A DNA stretch of 64,000 bases from Trichosphaerium sp. ATCC 40318 (lineage: Eukaryota; Protista; Tubulinea), in assembly GCA_038496445.1 (NCBI GenBank), contig JALMLS010000440.1:124001-188000 (forward strand), given 5' to 3'. This document shows, piece after piece, positions 38,663 through 52,395 of the stretch. Made by a program: the position numbers and the translations under genes. Positions within the stretch are counted from its first letter, which is position 1; each line of letters starts with the position of its first letter. The notes beneath the pieces were generated by a model that did not search any database, had not been told where the DNA came from, and was given only the letters and a program-made list of their open reading frames with translations.

Positions 38663-39640
38663 TAACACAAAGTATTTTGTATATGCATTTTGCTGTACAA
38701 GAATGTTGGCTTTTATGTTTCTAGCTTGGACTAAGTTTGTAGCAAATATAAGTATAAATCACAATCAAGCTTATGATTTACTACACTGTTTTGATAGCCT
38801 TTTTTCTCTTTTTTTGATATTCTGACTATTTACAGCTGAGAGTTGGCTCTGAGTTGATAGTAGGCGCTGATACTTGCTCATTAAGGACCTTAATATCCTT
38901 AGGGCATTTTGAGCATGAGGAGGTAGTATAGCATCGCTTGATCGAAGGTTGGGAGTTGCGCTGATGTTTATACTGACGCCCATATTACGACGTGTGCGGC
39001 CTCTAACGGAGTGTCGATAGCCATTCGAATTGAACTGGCGCTTGCGACCATGTGAATTATCAACACCAGAGGGACCACGGAGTTCACTAAGTAATTCTGG
39101 CACAATCTGAGGTGTACCCTTTTTGCTGTGATTTACCTTGACTGAGTATTGAATACGTCAGTGCTACTAAATAAACAGTTATTTTAACCTGCATCTACGA
39201 CGTACCTTAAATTTGCGTTCCGTATTAAAACCAGAAATCTAGACCAATCTTTTTCATTGAATTCGCGACAATACACTAACATTTATAAATTGCCATTTAA
39301 TATTCGTAAATACAGGAATAATGTTTACCGTGTAGACTATGGCATGGTGAGGTCTTTTTAAAGTACAACAGATGTTAACTGAACAATTCGTAATAGCAGT
39401 AAATAGCTACTATGTTTGTACTACCCAACTATGTCTGGTTCTACATACACTATTAAAAGCTCTTATGAAGTACCATAGTTCCAAAATATGCAAAACATTT
39501 TGACCAAAAATGAGAACTTCAACTTTATTGTCTATCACACAGAGCGTGCATAGAGGTACATGCGTGTTGATTCTTGTCAACCAATATTGATTATTTGTTG
39601 CTACGTCAGAATAGTATGCGTAGGGTATTGAGTAGGTTGC

Positions 39641-39970
39641 TTAAACCTGAACATACGCTTTATTGTTTTTATGGAGTTTTTTGACTTCTGCTTCATTGTC
39701 GCTGTTCCTTTTTACTGCTTTAACAATCGTGACAATAACGCTTACAAAACATGCAAGAGCAGCTTCAGCTGCTAAGGTAGCCATGAAAAGCCACCAATAC
39801 TGTAATAGCATAGCACGTTGAACAAAATAGAGAAGAGCCATTATGACACCTGTGAATATCGCAAATGCAAGCCATATGACGAAAACAGAAGCAACACCGC
39901 CAGCTATAGGGTGTTTTTTTTCGTTTATATTAAGGGTTATAATATATATGAGCGTTGCTTCATAGCACAT
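39641..39970 (-). CDS. Small intronless two-TM hypothetical protein (109 aa)
   Basis: ATG-initiated ORF with two long hydrophobic segments and a basic tail. Confidence 0.45.
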   Translation of the reverse strand: MCYEATLIYIITLNINEKKHPIAGGVASVFVIWLAFAIFTGVIMALLYFVQRAMLLQYWWLFMATLAAEAALACFVSVIVTIVKAVKRNSDNEAEVKKLHKNNKAYVQV

Positions 39971-41629
39971 GGTGGTAAAGTTAATATGCTTTTTTCTATC
40001 GGGTTTTCAAACCACGAATTATCGGGTCTTTGGCGGTCTTTGTTGAGTTTCTGGAAGATTCTAGAAGGAGCTGTAGTTAGATCGATTGGCGTGATAGCAT
40101 AGAGTATAGAGTGAAGTGTTACTATAATTTCACAGAATGATAATTGTATAAATACAGGAAGTTGTGAAGCGCAAAATTATGAGATTTTATTGAACTCCTA
40201 TATAATCAGCTTTTAATGCAACCACTATCAATCACTCTTGAGATCAACTATGATCAGCCTGGTTCAACTACTGAAATATTAGCAAAGAGTAGCAATAAAG
40301 TAGCAATAAAGTGAGGCGGAATTACTTTGTAAGGTGAACATAACGCCCTTCCATTATGAATGAATAATTTGAATATTCAAATACAGCCTACATTCACAGC
40401 GTTAGGTGAACACGTGATAAAAAACGACATTGTTTACAACTCTTTAGATTGAAGTTAATTGGAGACATTATGGGGAATTCAGTTCGTGGCATGATAGCGG
40501 GAAATTGCACAAGCACTATGTAATGAAAAACTTTAAGGAGAGTATGTTGAATAGTAAATACATCAGTAGTAAAAAGGAGAAAACAAATTTTAAATAAAAC
40601 ATGGCAGAACATTCTTGGTACACAAATGCCCAACATTATGGAGAATACAGGGTATGGTATGGTTGTGAAGACTACTTGCCGTACAAGAGGGGGACAAATA
40701 CGACGGGAATACAAGGAGTGGATAGACAAGCAAATTAACTGTAAAAAAAACTACGATCCATCCACAACAGGCACATAGCAAACTTTACTATCGTCTTGGG
40801 TTTGTTTGTGTTCTGTTTTTTGTATGCACTACGTACAGGTACTAAATTACGCGTAGCTGTAAAACCTTGTAAGTATTCTTGGTATCAATAAAAGTATTAG
40901 TTTGAACAACTTTTTACACTTAAGTTTATCCAGTTAGTCGGATTGTTGTATCTCGTAAGCCTAGTTAACAGCAGCGTCTTGTATTAGCTCTTTCATGATT
41001 GCTGTATTGGTTTGAGCACAACAGTGTTAATATTGAGGTTGTGTAAATCTCACATACTCGAACATTCTTTGTGATTTAGTAAAGTGCACACATTGATTTA
41101 CATATCACACTCTAATAAACCGCAGGAACTTTATTTTTAGTGAATATAATGTCAGTTCCTGTTTTTACGGATATTATGATAATGATCCCTGAGATTTTAC
41201 TGGCAAAGACCAACTTAAAAAACTTCCAGTATGCACCCTCTCTTGCTTGTCGGAATTACATTAATTCCATTCATTTTGGTAGCTTCAAGTAAGTGCCCTA
41301 ACAAGAACTAGCTGTAGACATAGTATTTTTTAAAACCAACTTACAAAGCGATAGATACAATAGATCATGATAAACAGTCTTGTGCTCACTTTCTTAAAGT
41401 ACGTGTAATACTTTTTTGTAACTTCAAGAAGTAACCCACAATATTACAGTATTTTTTTTATCACGTGATATTTAAGAGAACCATTTGATCCAATACATTC
41501 ACTTAAAACAAAGAAAAAACTAATTTTGTGTTTTTAGAGCGACTTGACGTACAGGGTATGGTTTTTCGAAACCATTTTTTAGCGCAGCTAATAGTACGAG
41601 TATACTAGGCTTTTCAAAGACAAAAATAC

Positions 41630-42536
41630 TTTTCGTCACCAGACTTGGCCCAGAATTGCGATAACTGGTACAGTTTGTTTCACGTCTTGCTTTGTCTTTC
41701 TCTTATGCCATCTATAGGATGTATTCCAAACATTGCACCTTCTCTAGCAACGCTTTCCATCAGAAAGTATGTATGCCAGATACATGTGACGACAGCTTTT
41801 ATAAAGCGATGATAGACAAACTAGCAGTTGCGTCTTGATACAGCAAGATCATCAACTCTTTTTAATTGTATTACTGTGTACTCACGTGATTTTAGCACTA
41901 TTGTTTGATGGACCATAATGAACCACGTGATTGTGTTGTTCAAATATCTGACTGTGTTGTGAAAGATAAAGGAGAAAATCTGAAAAAAAGAAGAATACTC
42001 AATCCAAGTTCTATCAGCCTCATTTTCGTATTGTCTGTTTTTTGTTCTTTATTGCTTTTGACGCTTACTATTATTGTATGTAAAACAGTATGTACTAAAC
42101 TGGTAACAGAATATCTTATTCATTGTCTTGTTCTAGGTCATGGCTAACAGGAGAAACACAATATCGTACATCATATAAAACTTACAAAATAAAACTCTTT
42201 CTGTGTTGTTCTATCAAGTTGTCTAAAAAGAACGTACATAAGATCTAGAATGCTTACTCTTTAATGAAGAACAGAAGTATAAGGAATGGCAACAAACGCA
42301 CGCAAACTGCGTAGCAACATTTGTAGTAACGCTGGCACGAACAGATTAATCAAAGACAAACAGACACCTCGAAATAGCGACGAAAGTACTGAACCCTTGT
42401 AGCTGATAACGGATTTCGCCTAATATTGCAGCACAAACGTCCTGACGATGGTCCAATCAACCAAGGCCTGCCGAGGCAGCAAAAAAGAAGGGGTTAAGTA
42501 TTATCTTCACCGCAAGCCAAACCAATCATAATACAT
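41630..42536 (-). CDS. Possible multi-exon hypothetical gene divergent from ZNF622; ends not resolved
   Basis: Several in-frame GT-AG-bounded exons (YDWFGLR|PWLIGPSSG..RRYFE|RYYKCCYAVCVRLLPFLILLFFIK). No recognisable domain. Confidence 0.3.
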
Positions 42537-42831
42537 GCACCGTGTTCAGTTTTACTGCACGAATTTTCGCTTTGCCTCAAAATCGCTAACAACGCGTGGA
42601 TTATGTCCATACGAGCTATTCATGAGGTACAAACGCTTTGTAACGCCAACTGCAAGAATTAACGCAAAGCGTTCGTTATTTAGAGTCTGTCTCGTCATTG
42701 TATTTTACTTTAATGATTCTACGCCTGTTTGTGTCCGCTAGTATTTCCTCCATCTCACTTAGTAAAATTCAAATAATAAAAAACGGACTTGAGAATTTAT
42801 GATGATTGCATAATTTTTAAAGCGATAAACA

Positions 42832-44796
42832 ATGGCCTCTCTAGCGTCGTACCACTTTCAAGAGTCAGCACAGCCAAAGCCTGCAGCCCCAGTATCTACT
42901 TTTGATAAATCGAAGCTTCCTGAGTTCTATTGCTTGACCTGTAAGCTTGTCTTCAGAGACAGACCTGAAATGATCGCTCATTTCAAATCTGACCTCCACC
43001 GGTTCAATTTGAAGCGAAAAGTTGCTACACTACGCCCAGTAACACAAGCAGAACTCGACAAGAAATTAGAGAGTACGTGAACGTAAATGTAAAGTTGACT
43101 GCGAAATACTACCGGTTGCGTTATCGTGTGACTTACATTACCTCTAGCTGCCAAAGGTAAAGAAAAAGCAAAAGCAGAAAAAGCAGCGGAGAAGAAGGAG
43201 TACTATTGTGTAGTATGCAAGTAAGAACCCATGTTACAACAAAAACAACTCGCAAATTCCAGCCAAGAAACTAAAAAACTTCCTATTTACCTACAAATTC
43301 ATTTACATGCTTAATATCGCGTATACAAACGCTAATCGCTAAGTAGAAAAAGTTTCGCATCACTCAATGCGTTTAACGCCCATTTACAGTCTAAAAAGCA
43401 TAAAAGGCTCGTTAAGGAACAAAAGAAAAAGGAAGAGGTACCATTACGCTCCATTTGAGTATACACAGTTTTTTGTACCTACATTTATACGTATTAAAAC
43501 GTTATTAGGAGATTCTACGTGTTACTGACAAGACAAACGCACCTGTTGTACAACAAAAAGCTGCTGTACGTCATACTTTGAAATTCAAGCGAAAAATCGC
43601 CTTTCTGATCTTTAAACTAGTCCGATGAGACATTAGATGATAGGATTAAAAACGCTAAGCGTGCACCACTCACTGAGTGTTTGTTTGATGGCCATCAAAG
43701 CAAAACAGTAGAAGAGTAAGTTTTCAACAAAAAAATTCAAAAAAAATCTTTATCTTAAATTATGTGTATTCAAGTGACTTTTGATCATTCTGGATATGAT
43801 AAACATATTTTCTTATATTTATTAAAGCTAATGAGTGTATTTAGAAACTTGAAATACATGCGTTCAAAGTATAATTTTAAAATCTATGATGAAAAGTATT
43901 GTATCAACAAAGAAGGAATGTTACGCTATCTTGTTGATAAAGTAACTCTTGGATACACTTGCATTTATTGTCATAAAGAAATGTCATCATTACATGAACT
44001 AAGAGATCATATGGTACGTCTTTAAAGTCACATACAAATGACTTTGTCTTCGAGAAACAACATTTTGTTGCTCGTTCAATGAAATTTTCTTAATGTTTTT
44101 TGTCTTGTCTAGATTCAAACAGGTCATACAAGACTTCCACTAGAAGATGATGTTGGTGAATTTGAAGGTTACTATGATTTCTCTCCAAGTTATCCAGATG
44201 CTACATTTGAAAATAAAGACGAAGAGCTCGCTGAAGTTGAATCGTGCGTTTATCCATTTCATATTTTTTCAGAAAATTTTTTCACTCCATTTTATGCGCT
44301 TGAACTTAGTTGGCTTGCTAACTAATATCGCAGTAATATTCAATTGGCCGATGATGGCTATGAACTTGTTATAAGCTACACAGATGAAGGTATGTCACGG
44401 TTATTTTTGGCACAAGAGTTTCAATTTAATTAATATTATTTTTTTTTAGAAGGTGCAAAAAGAAGAAAGACTGTTGGTCATCGTGACCTCGCTTTGTATT
44501 ATAAACAGAATAACCGTGAGAGAAGACTTATGGCTCCAGATTTATTAGCACAAATGAAGAGAAGAGAAATGATGGTATGACACGCAAACACGATCTCTTT
44601 ATCTTCTTTAACTCTTTTTTTTTTAACAATTCTTGAGTGAACTATTTCATTTGCTTACTTTCTACTCTTCTAGCGATATGCCAAACAAACAAGATTACCT
44701 CAACATATGGTTAAGAGAAACAGACAATTAGATCTAGTCACAGGGATGCGCAGTAATATTTTGTTCACTTACAGAACTCAAAATCTTTTTATATAA
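42832..44796 (+). CDS. ZNF622: Pre-60S ribosome maturation zinc-finger protein (REI1/ZNF622 family)
   Basis: CLTCKLVF..HFKSDLHRFNLKRKVATL; YCVVCKKSFASLNAFNAHLQSKKH; CLFDGH; CIYCHK..RDHM; VGHRDLALYYKQ. Confidence 0.9.
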
Positions 44797-45329
44797 ATCC
44801 TCTCACCCGCGCTCAAAAACCATTATTATTGTTTGGTACAATAAAGAGAAACTTAGAATTATCTTCCTATTCATAAACTACTTTATATACTCTGGTCCAC
44901 ACTGATTGAGCATAAAGCATACATATACGTTTTGTGAGTCATCTGCCTGGCGTGTGGATCATCTACACTCTACTGTTCAACATACTTTCAAGGATTAACT
45001 TACGGAAGGTCGCACTGCCAGACAGCAAAAAAGGAATACTGGATTTGTTCATAAACAAAACCATGCTTGACTTTGATTTCCATTGTTGTTTGCTTACAAA
45101 TTGAACGTCTTCAATGGGAGCAAGTACTTCTATCCGCAATTTGTACAATAGTTGAAATACTTTAGCATCTCGGTTTTGCAGCGCCAGCACGGCTCTTTCT
45201 TAACAGGCTCTGGTCTTTGTAACTACAAACACGCAACGTTAGAATCTGCAGTCTACAATATCTAATTGGGATTATTTGCAGTATGCCACTTTTTTTGACA
45301 TCACAGTGTACATGTGTAAGAAGCCATCT

Positions 45330-46127
45330 CTACCGTTTTGGAACGTGACAAAAATAGATACCAAAGTCTCCACTATCTGTACGTATATTCCAAATTACAT
45401 AGATCTTACATTTCTTATTCCACAACGACCAGTTTTTCTTCAAATACGGAATTATCTCATCTTCATCGTTTCTTCTATTGTATCTATGAAAAGTGAATAC
45501 GCCGCGCTTATGCCCATATAAAAGAGCCCTATTTGGTTTCCCAAAGAAACAGCCATAGCAGTAGTTATCTTCTTTCCATTCGCAACATGCCCAAGTACAA
45601 TCACATTCTGCACATCGTATTTCTTCAATTACATTATTTGTCTCCGAAGCTCTTTCTTCAGCACAGTATGAACAAAACCTTTCACCACCAACAAGTGCTA
45701 GTACTAGGTCATCATTACATTCTTCACACAAAGTGTCAATAGGCACGCAATCAAGTTCATCAACTGGCACATTGCGGTAAGTAGCTAATGCATCATTTAG
45801 TGAAAGTACTTTATCCATGGAGTAATCTCCATCATTTGTGTATAGAAATACATATTTCTTATTTCTCATGATGGGTAGTATGTGTAGTACACGTTTTGGA
45901 CATAATACAGAGAAATAGTGAAGGTTATGAAGTAATGTGTCGTCATTGCCTGTATACTTGTGTATGCGTGTTTGAAAACTTGTGTTTGTTGATTTTAGCT
46001 GTATTAGACTCCAAACGTTTTGGGTTAGGAGTGTATCCACTATTACGAAAAATATATCACTGTAGAGAGTTGCAAGAGTTATAACACCATGTTTTTCAAC
46101 TTGTGAATCTAGTGTAGGCGTACTCAT
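45330..46127 (-). CDS. Intronless hypothetical protein with an F-box-like N-terminus and four CxxC pairs
   Basis: LATLYSDIFFVIVDTLL..SLIQLKSTNTSF; CEEC, CSYC, CAEC and CYGC. Confidence 0.55.
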   Translation of the reverse strand: MSTPTLDSQVEKHGVITLATLYSDIFFVIVDTLLTQNVWSLIQLKSTNTSFQTRIHKYTGNDDTLLHNLHYFSVLCPKRVLHILPIMRNKKYVFLYTNDGDYSMDKVLSLNDALATYRNVPVDELDCVPIDTLCEECNDDLVLALVGGERFCSYCAEERASETNNVIEEIRCAECDCTWACCEWKEDNYCYGCFFGKPNRALLYGHKRGVFTFHRYNRRNDEDEIIPYLKKNWSLWNKKCKIYVIWNIRTDSGDFGIYFCHVPKR

Positions 46128-46299
46128 CTTGTTGTGTTTGCACAACTGTTTTTTAAAGACAACTAAACATCCAACTATACATGAGCTGCTGTTGTGGTTT
46201 ATTTTTGTCCTTTTTGGTCAACAACAGTCGTTTATCGCAACTGTTGGTCAACAACAATCAGCAAACCAAACAGAAAAGCCAACATTCTTATTCAGCAAA

Positions 46300-49200
46300 A
46301 AGATTTATTTGCATTTACAAAAGTACTTCGTGTTATCACTGCAACAGCAACACAAGTACCAGTATCATAAATGTAAGAGAAGTATACAATTGAATAGATC
46401 CCGAAGTACACGGGAATATATCTCCAATAAAAAATAGAGCACGTGTAGAAGACAATTCTACAAATACAATAAACACGTATCCTAACAATCAAAAAATACT
46501 GTACCTGATTTTAGTGATGAGCAACCAGAAGCACGCTTGACCAATACATCCTCAACTGAAGATTCATCACAGAATGAATTAGAGTTGAATAATTCAAATC
46601 CATTAACAACAGAATCAACTGTAACTGTGAGAGTACCGAAAGAAGTACATCCTTCAACAGTTATTCTTGTATTCTCATCAACTGTGATTATCGCACTATT
46701 GAATGAGATGTTTCCTAAAGGGTAGAGACATAGCATTAATATCAACAACATATTTATAAGTATGTACGCACCTTGTACATTAATGGTAATACCACGCAAG
46801 TCTAATTCTCCAGTCAATGCGACATTTTGGTTAAAGAAAACACAAAAAGTGTTGTTTGAACATGTCGCTCCAAATGATTCAAGTGTGACAACTTTACGAG
46901 AAGATTCTACTTGTACACCAACCGGCATCGGTTCAGGGGGTAGAGCGATTGGCGAATTGGTTGAAGGTGATCCAGGCGTGTATTTGCTATCGTTTCCTAA
47001 CAACATTAGAGTCAGCTAGTGGAACAAAACTTCAAGTCAAGTTGCTTTAGTAAAATTCAATTGAACCTGCTACAAAGATACTCAATACATCGTTTGTGCT
47101 CAGTGTTTTATTATAATATGATACCTGTATAGATTGTTAATGGATAATGAACAGTGTGGCTAAACGTACTTCGTCGATTTCGACGTTAAGCATGTTTCCA
47201 ATTTCAATTGGGCTTGCTGTATGAAACATACAACACACTGATGTAATATTATCACCGCTATGGTTACCATCAATGAAAAAAATAGGCCTGGAGTTAGTGC
47301 TGTACGTGGTAAGAATACATATATAATATCTCTTGGCTTGCCTGGAGTAGGTCACAGCGAAATGATGCCATTTTGCATCAACCAGATCAGGAGTCAAATC
47401 GAATGAAGAACTTACAAACCTGTTGGTATTAAAATGTGTTGACAAACGACCAGCTGGTGAGATGACTGCCAATATACCAGTGATATTGTGGAGGAAGAAT
47501 AGAGTACTATTTTGAGTCGGTTTAGAAAGCAGTTGGAACCAGAATCCAACAGAGAAATCGGCTAAAGAGATTTACATATTAATGTTGCTGTTTGTTTCCA
47601 AATGTAACAGTTCTAACGTACTGAATGGGGCGAATTCTTCAGCACCAATATTTATTTCAAACGCCGCGGATCCTTCAAGTCGTACGCCGTTACCCACGTA
47701 TCCCTATGTAGTATGTTACCGACAATGTAAAAATGCAAAAACTGTCCAGACGGAGTTTTTCGGAGCACGTGATGTGATGTTTTGAAATAAACACAAAATA
47801 AACTACAAATTTCGGTCCTTCAACTGATAGTATGGGTGTAATCTTCAAAGAGTTGAAGAAAATGTTCCCAATTAGCACAAAAAACTTGATATTTACCTGT
47901 ACGTTGGTAGGCATTGATGTAAAACGAGAAACAAAGCTTGAATTGCTGATTGAATTCATGGATAAATTATCGGCATTACTGAACTTGTAGAGACCAATAA
48001 TAGAATCAGGAGTACTGTGAGAAGCGCTGTAACATGGCGTAATGAGAGATAGTAGCGTCGTTATCAAGAAAACATAGGAGACACCGAAAACCATTTGGCA
48101 ATTAATTGAGCTATTGTAAAATATTGTAAAGAACTGCACACGTGATTTCGAATTACCTTTTTGTGAAGTAGTTTCAACGGCCAGATTTTTCACTTTTTTT
48201 GGTCGCATACTTGATTTGACCTATATACGGTTTCCGGAATATTTCACTTCCAACACTGTTGCTATCTAACTTGGCAATTGCAACAGCAATCAACAATATC
48301 GGTATGCAATTCACCAAAGTTTTCTTAGATCCACAGGTGTGGCTAGAATAAGGCACTGTCGTCCAAGATATATCCCTTATAGACTGCAATGTTCGTGCTA
48401 GAATTTTAATAAGTAGCAACGAAATATATCTGTGAACGTTACTAACACTGGATTTATAGCCCGACGGTACCTTTCCAGTATTAGGTAAATTTACTGCGTT
48501 CGAGTGGAGCCATAGCCTTAATAACTAATATCATTCATCCTAACAGGAACTCCCAAAATCGTGTTAGTTTTCGATAGTTTGTATTTTCTTCTTAATATAC
48601 TTCACAATCATGCTGCAAGATCCTTGACTCCTATTGTAGCTTTCAAATAAATGTTAATTAATAGCACACTGTGGTATTGCCAACTTTAACAATGGAGGCA
48701 ATACTAAAACAAAAGACAGATTCATGTAAAACGCACAAGTGTCTATAGTCTAAAATTACACGTGTCTAAACGATTACTAATGGAAACAGAGATGTATTGA
48801 AGCTTTGAAAGTTTTTGTTGTATTGGACAAACTAAATAATGATACGTAAGTTCCAACTTGATCGTTCATAGGCATGTAGCAAGTACGAATCAACCAACTC
48901 GTAAAATGAAAAACCAATGTCAGCTCTACATTCACCAAATTCCTATTATGTATTAGACACTAGCGTACGGCAATCAACAAACAGGTCACAATTATAAAGG
49001 CAAAGTAAAAAACTAAAAAGAGATACGCATGGTTAGTTAAAACAATAGACTTCTGCGCCTATTCCTAGCCACGTGATCTATCGACAAAATTTACGTGTCA
49101 CCTGACGTGATGGAGCGTTTATTTATCAACCTGCAAAGAAAGAAGTGTGGGTCAACTCCTGATAGGAACACCAACACTCAAAGACAGTGGAGAGAAAAAC

Positions 49201-50200
49201 AGAGCTTACACCATCAAAATTTGTAGTTTCTTTGACGAAATCACATCACAAATACTATCAATTGTTTGTTGGATTTTCGGATGTTACAAATACTTGTAAC
49301 TCATACTCTCACCACTATGATGACCTCATAAACAACGCTACATTTTTAGAAAATAATAAAACGGCAGCAGTTTTTTGTAAAAAAAGTACAGTATTCAGTA
49401 CACAACCTTAAACTACTTACACCTCAACATGATGAAGCTCTTCTTTGTTTCAAGTACTCTCATACTCTTTATATACGTACGTGTAGATCACCAGGGTCGA
49501 GAAATCATCCGTTAACATTGGCCTAGGTTCAGAATTCAGTATGCCAGCTTAATTATCCAGTTACTGGCATTCAAGTTAACAAAGACTCTCTAAGTGACTA
49601 TGCTGATTGGACGCCTTGCGTGAATGTTCGATGGGGAGCAGATATAGATTCTGAATTAGCTCAATGCTCAACACAGGAAGACATAATGACTCTCATGGGG
49701 TGTGTTGACAGTGATGACAACTTCATTGTATATGGTACGTGTAAAGTAAAAGACTTGGAAAAAAAAAAGGAAACAAGTTTCATTTTATTCAACCTTGTGA
49801 TAACTGAAGCTTGTTTATTAACTTGTCCCACTCTCAAACTTACTCTTTTACAAGCAATTGGAAGTACAGAAGTCTTAACACAGGATATAGCACCATTTCA
49901 GGAGTCAGAAACCCAAACTTTTATAAATGGTGCATATTGGTATCGTGGCGAAAGATCAATTGGGTTCACACCTGTAAATACAATAAACCTTAATACGTGT
50001 GATGGCAACGCGGACGGACAGTTAAATAGGAAATTATGTTTCCATATATTTGTAGGTGGTTGGAGGTACGTTCTTGTTTGTAGTTTGGTTTGATACCACA
50101 TGCTAATTGTATCAAACAGGTGCGGTACAACTATTACTAATAACGACTCACGTGGATTCAGAAAGATAATACTTCAAAAATTACCTCTCCCTCCAACAAC
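46300..50200. repeat. Right arm of the inverted segmental duplication
   Basis: Reverse-complement homology to 33150-38690, minus a roughly 2.1-kb block. Confidence 0.9.
46336..48094 (-). CDS. LamG/GPI surface protein, copy B
   Basis: Same exon structure as copy A. The stalk exons are nearly identical and the LamG exons have diverged. Confidence 0.8.
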
Positions 50201-50639
50201 ACTACCTCCAACAACACTGCCGCCAACAACATTACCTCCAACAACACTACCGCCAACAACATTACCTCCTACAACATTACCTCCAACCACTTTGCCACCT
50301 ACAACGCTTCCACCAACAACACTACCACCAACAACATTGCCTCCAACAACACTTCCGCCTACAACGCTGCCTCCAACAACACTGCCTCCAACAACGCTCC
50401 CACCAACTACACTACCGCCAACGACACTTCCGCCTACAACACTCCCTCCAACCACATTTCCACCAACTACTTTACCACCAACAACCTCACATCCCACTAC
50501 AATGCCACCAATGACATTACCTCCAACTACACAACCACCAACACCTACACCTCCACCAGTAGGTGAAGGTCAAATACTAGCGCCTGCATGGCAATATAGA
50601 AAAAGATGTGTTAGACGACTATCAAAAAATGAACTGTAA
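49429..50639 (+). CDS. PPTTL mucin protein, copy 2 (about 22 repeats), ends ..RRLSKNEL*
   Basis: The 5' exons are nearly identical to copy 1 and the 3' end is nearly identical to copy 3. Confidence 0.8.
50190..50540 (+). repeat. 15-bp coding minisatellite (PPTTL)
   Basis: CCN CCN ACN ACN YTN units. Confidence 0.95.
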
Positions 50640-51389
50640 CCAAATAAAATAAATTAAACACTCCTCACACATAAACAAGTGATAATTTTTGTTGCTGTAC
50701 AAGTCAGCCACTTTAAACTCATTCTTTCATGTACACGTGGTAAACAAAATGGAGAGCAACTGTTTTCAAAGAAGAAACAATATCTAACAGTAGTCTTTTT
50801 GTAAATGGAAGGCGTATTTACTCAAGTTGGACTATGAATTACTTTGGAACTTTGAGAAATCTCATTATAATCGTGGTTTGCTTCATGGAGGTTTTAACGG
50901 CATTCAATAAACTGTTGAAATGTTACGAGTGAAATATGTGGCTTACGTAATAACAACCCTTACAGCAAGCCGTTTATGGTCACTTTTTTTTAACCTAGTT
51001 TATTAGTCAAAAAACTGCGTCATGAATAATTTGCATTAGGAACTATTTGAACCCTGTGTTTTTGTCTATTGCCTCTGCCACAAATAAAAAGCTTACAGTG
51101 TCACTAACACAAAGTTTTACAGCTACATCTATGCCTTACCTTTGCATCACTACCAGAAATACTGCTTTAGAGTGGTAAGGGATTGCGAACAGATCCTAAA
51201 AGGAACTTTCAACATCGTGTTAGGTTTGAGTTTTGGCTATGTCTCATGATCATATTCGTGCCGACAACACGCATTCTATTGCGAGGCAACCGTAAACCAG
51301 CGACAGAAAGCTGCAGTATACCGCACATGTATCAATATTATTAACTATCTCTTGCATCTAATTAGAACAGGTGACGTGGGTTAAAACTT

Positions 51390-52395
51390 AAAACAACAAA
51401 GAGAACAAGAATAGCAAATTACAAAACTATACCTTTATTGAATACATTACGCTGTTTCCAGGCGACTGCTAATGTGTACGTAGAACTATTGCAGCTGTGA
51501 TACCTTTTATTGTACTATACAAACTGAATAGTGATACAAAAACTCGTAAAGAGAATCAATAAACTCGTAAAATGATCTGCGAAAAATCATGCTGCATTCA
51601 AGAAGTTCCCATGATAGAGCATACTTTTGGCTTATGGCAGGCGGATGTAGGCTTACATCAAAACGAAGTAAAAACCTAAAGCAAAGATGGTTAAAATAAT
51701 AGATTTCTGCCTATTCCGAATCACGTGATTAAATAAACCATACAACAAGCGTACGCGTGGGTGGACTTTTTGGCTTAGATTCCCTTTTTTAGTGACGTTA
51801 CCATGGGTAGTCAAAAACTCAACTAAAACTACCAACTTCACGGTGTTAACAGCGTACATCCCTACAATACTTGTATGACTGCAGGAAACGTGTTAAAATC
51901 TCAAAGAGGATTTTTTTTTACAAACTACAAGAATGAATTATGTTAAAACTCCTTATGGGAATGTCATCACTCAAGAACGCTAAGGCCTTTAATAAACCAT
52001 AACACTTTATTTAATCCATCAAATACTGCAGATTCTTTGCTGAAATCACAAGACAATACTACCATTTGTTTTTGATTTTTTGATTTTCGGAACTTAAACG
52101 TAATGATCCTATTTTTCAATTAAAATTACTTTTAGTAACTTATCACTTTGTATCAACACTATGATGACCTCATAACAACGCTACATTTTGAGAAAATAAT
52201 AAAACGGCAGCAGTTTTTATGTAAAAAAGTACAGTATTCAGTACACAACCTTAAACTACTTACAACTCAACATGATGAAGCTCTTCTTCTCTTTAAGCAT
52301 TCTCATACTCTTTATACATGTAAGTATAGATCACTAGGACTGATCAATCATCCGTTAACATTGGCTTAGGTTCAGAATTCAGTATGCCAGCTTAA
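51390..52395 (+). repeat. Upstream block of the mucin gene, tandemly repeated at about 55825-56760
   Basis: Shared aagaacaagaatagc, ctaaagcaaagatggttaaaataa..aatcacgtgatt, and a near-identical 52005-52350 vs 56380-56720. Confidence 0.85.

Larger units (their letters stand above)
33150..38690. repeat. Left arm of a large inverted segmental duplication (partner about 46300-50200)
   Basis: 33150-34270 matches the reverse complement of 49071-50200. 36400-36460 matches 48888-48950. 36860-38690 matches 46300-48145. Confidence 0.9.

Noticed and set aside
38771-39103. 110-aa minus-strand ORF
   Set aside because: Non-ATG start and no motif. It may be a terminal exon but no upstream model could be built.
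42440-42480. Hammerhead-like CTGACGA core
   Set aside because: There is no GAAA after stem II, and the region reads better as minus-strand exons.
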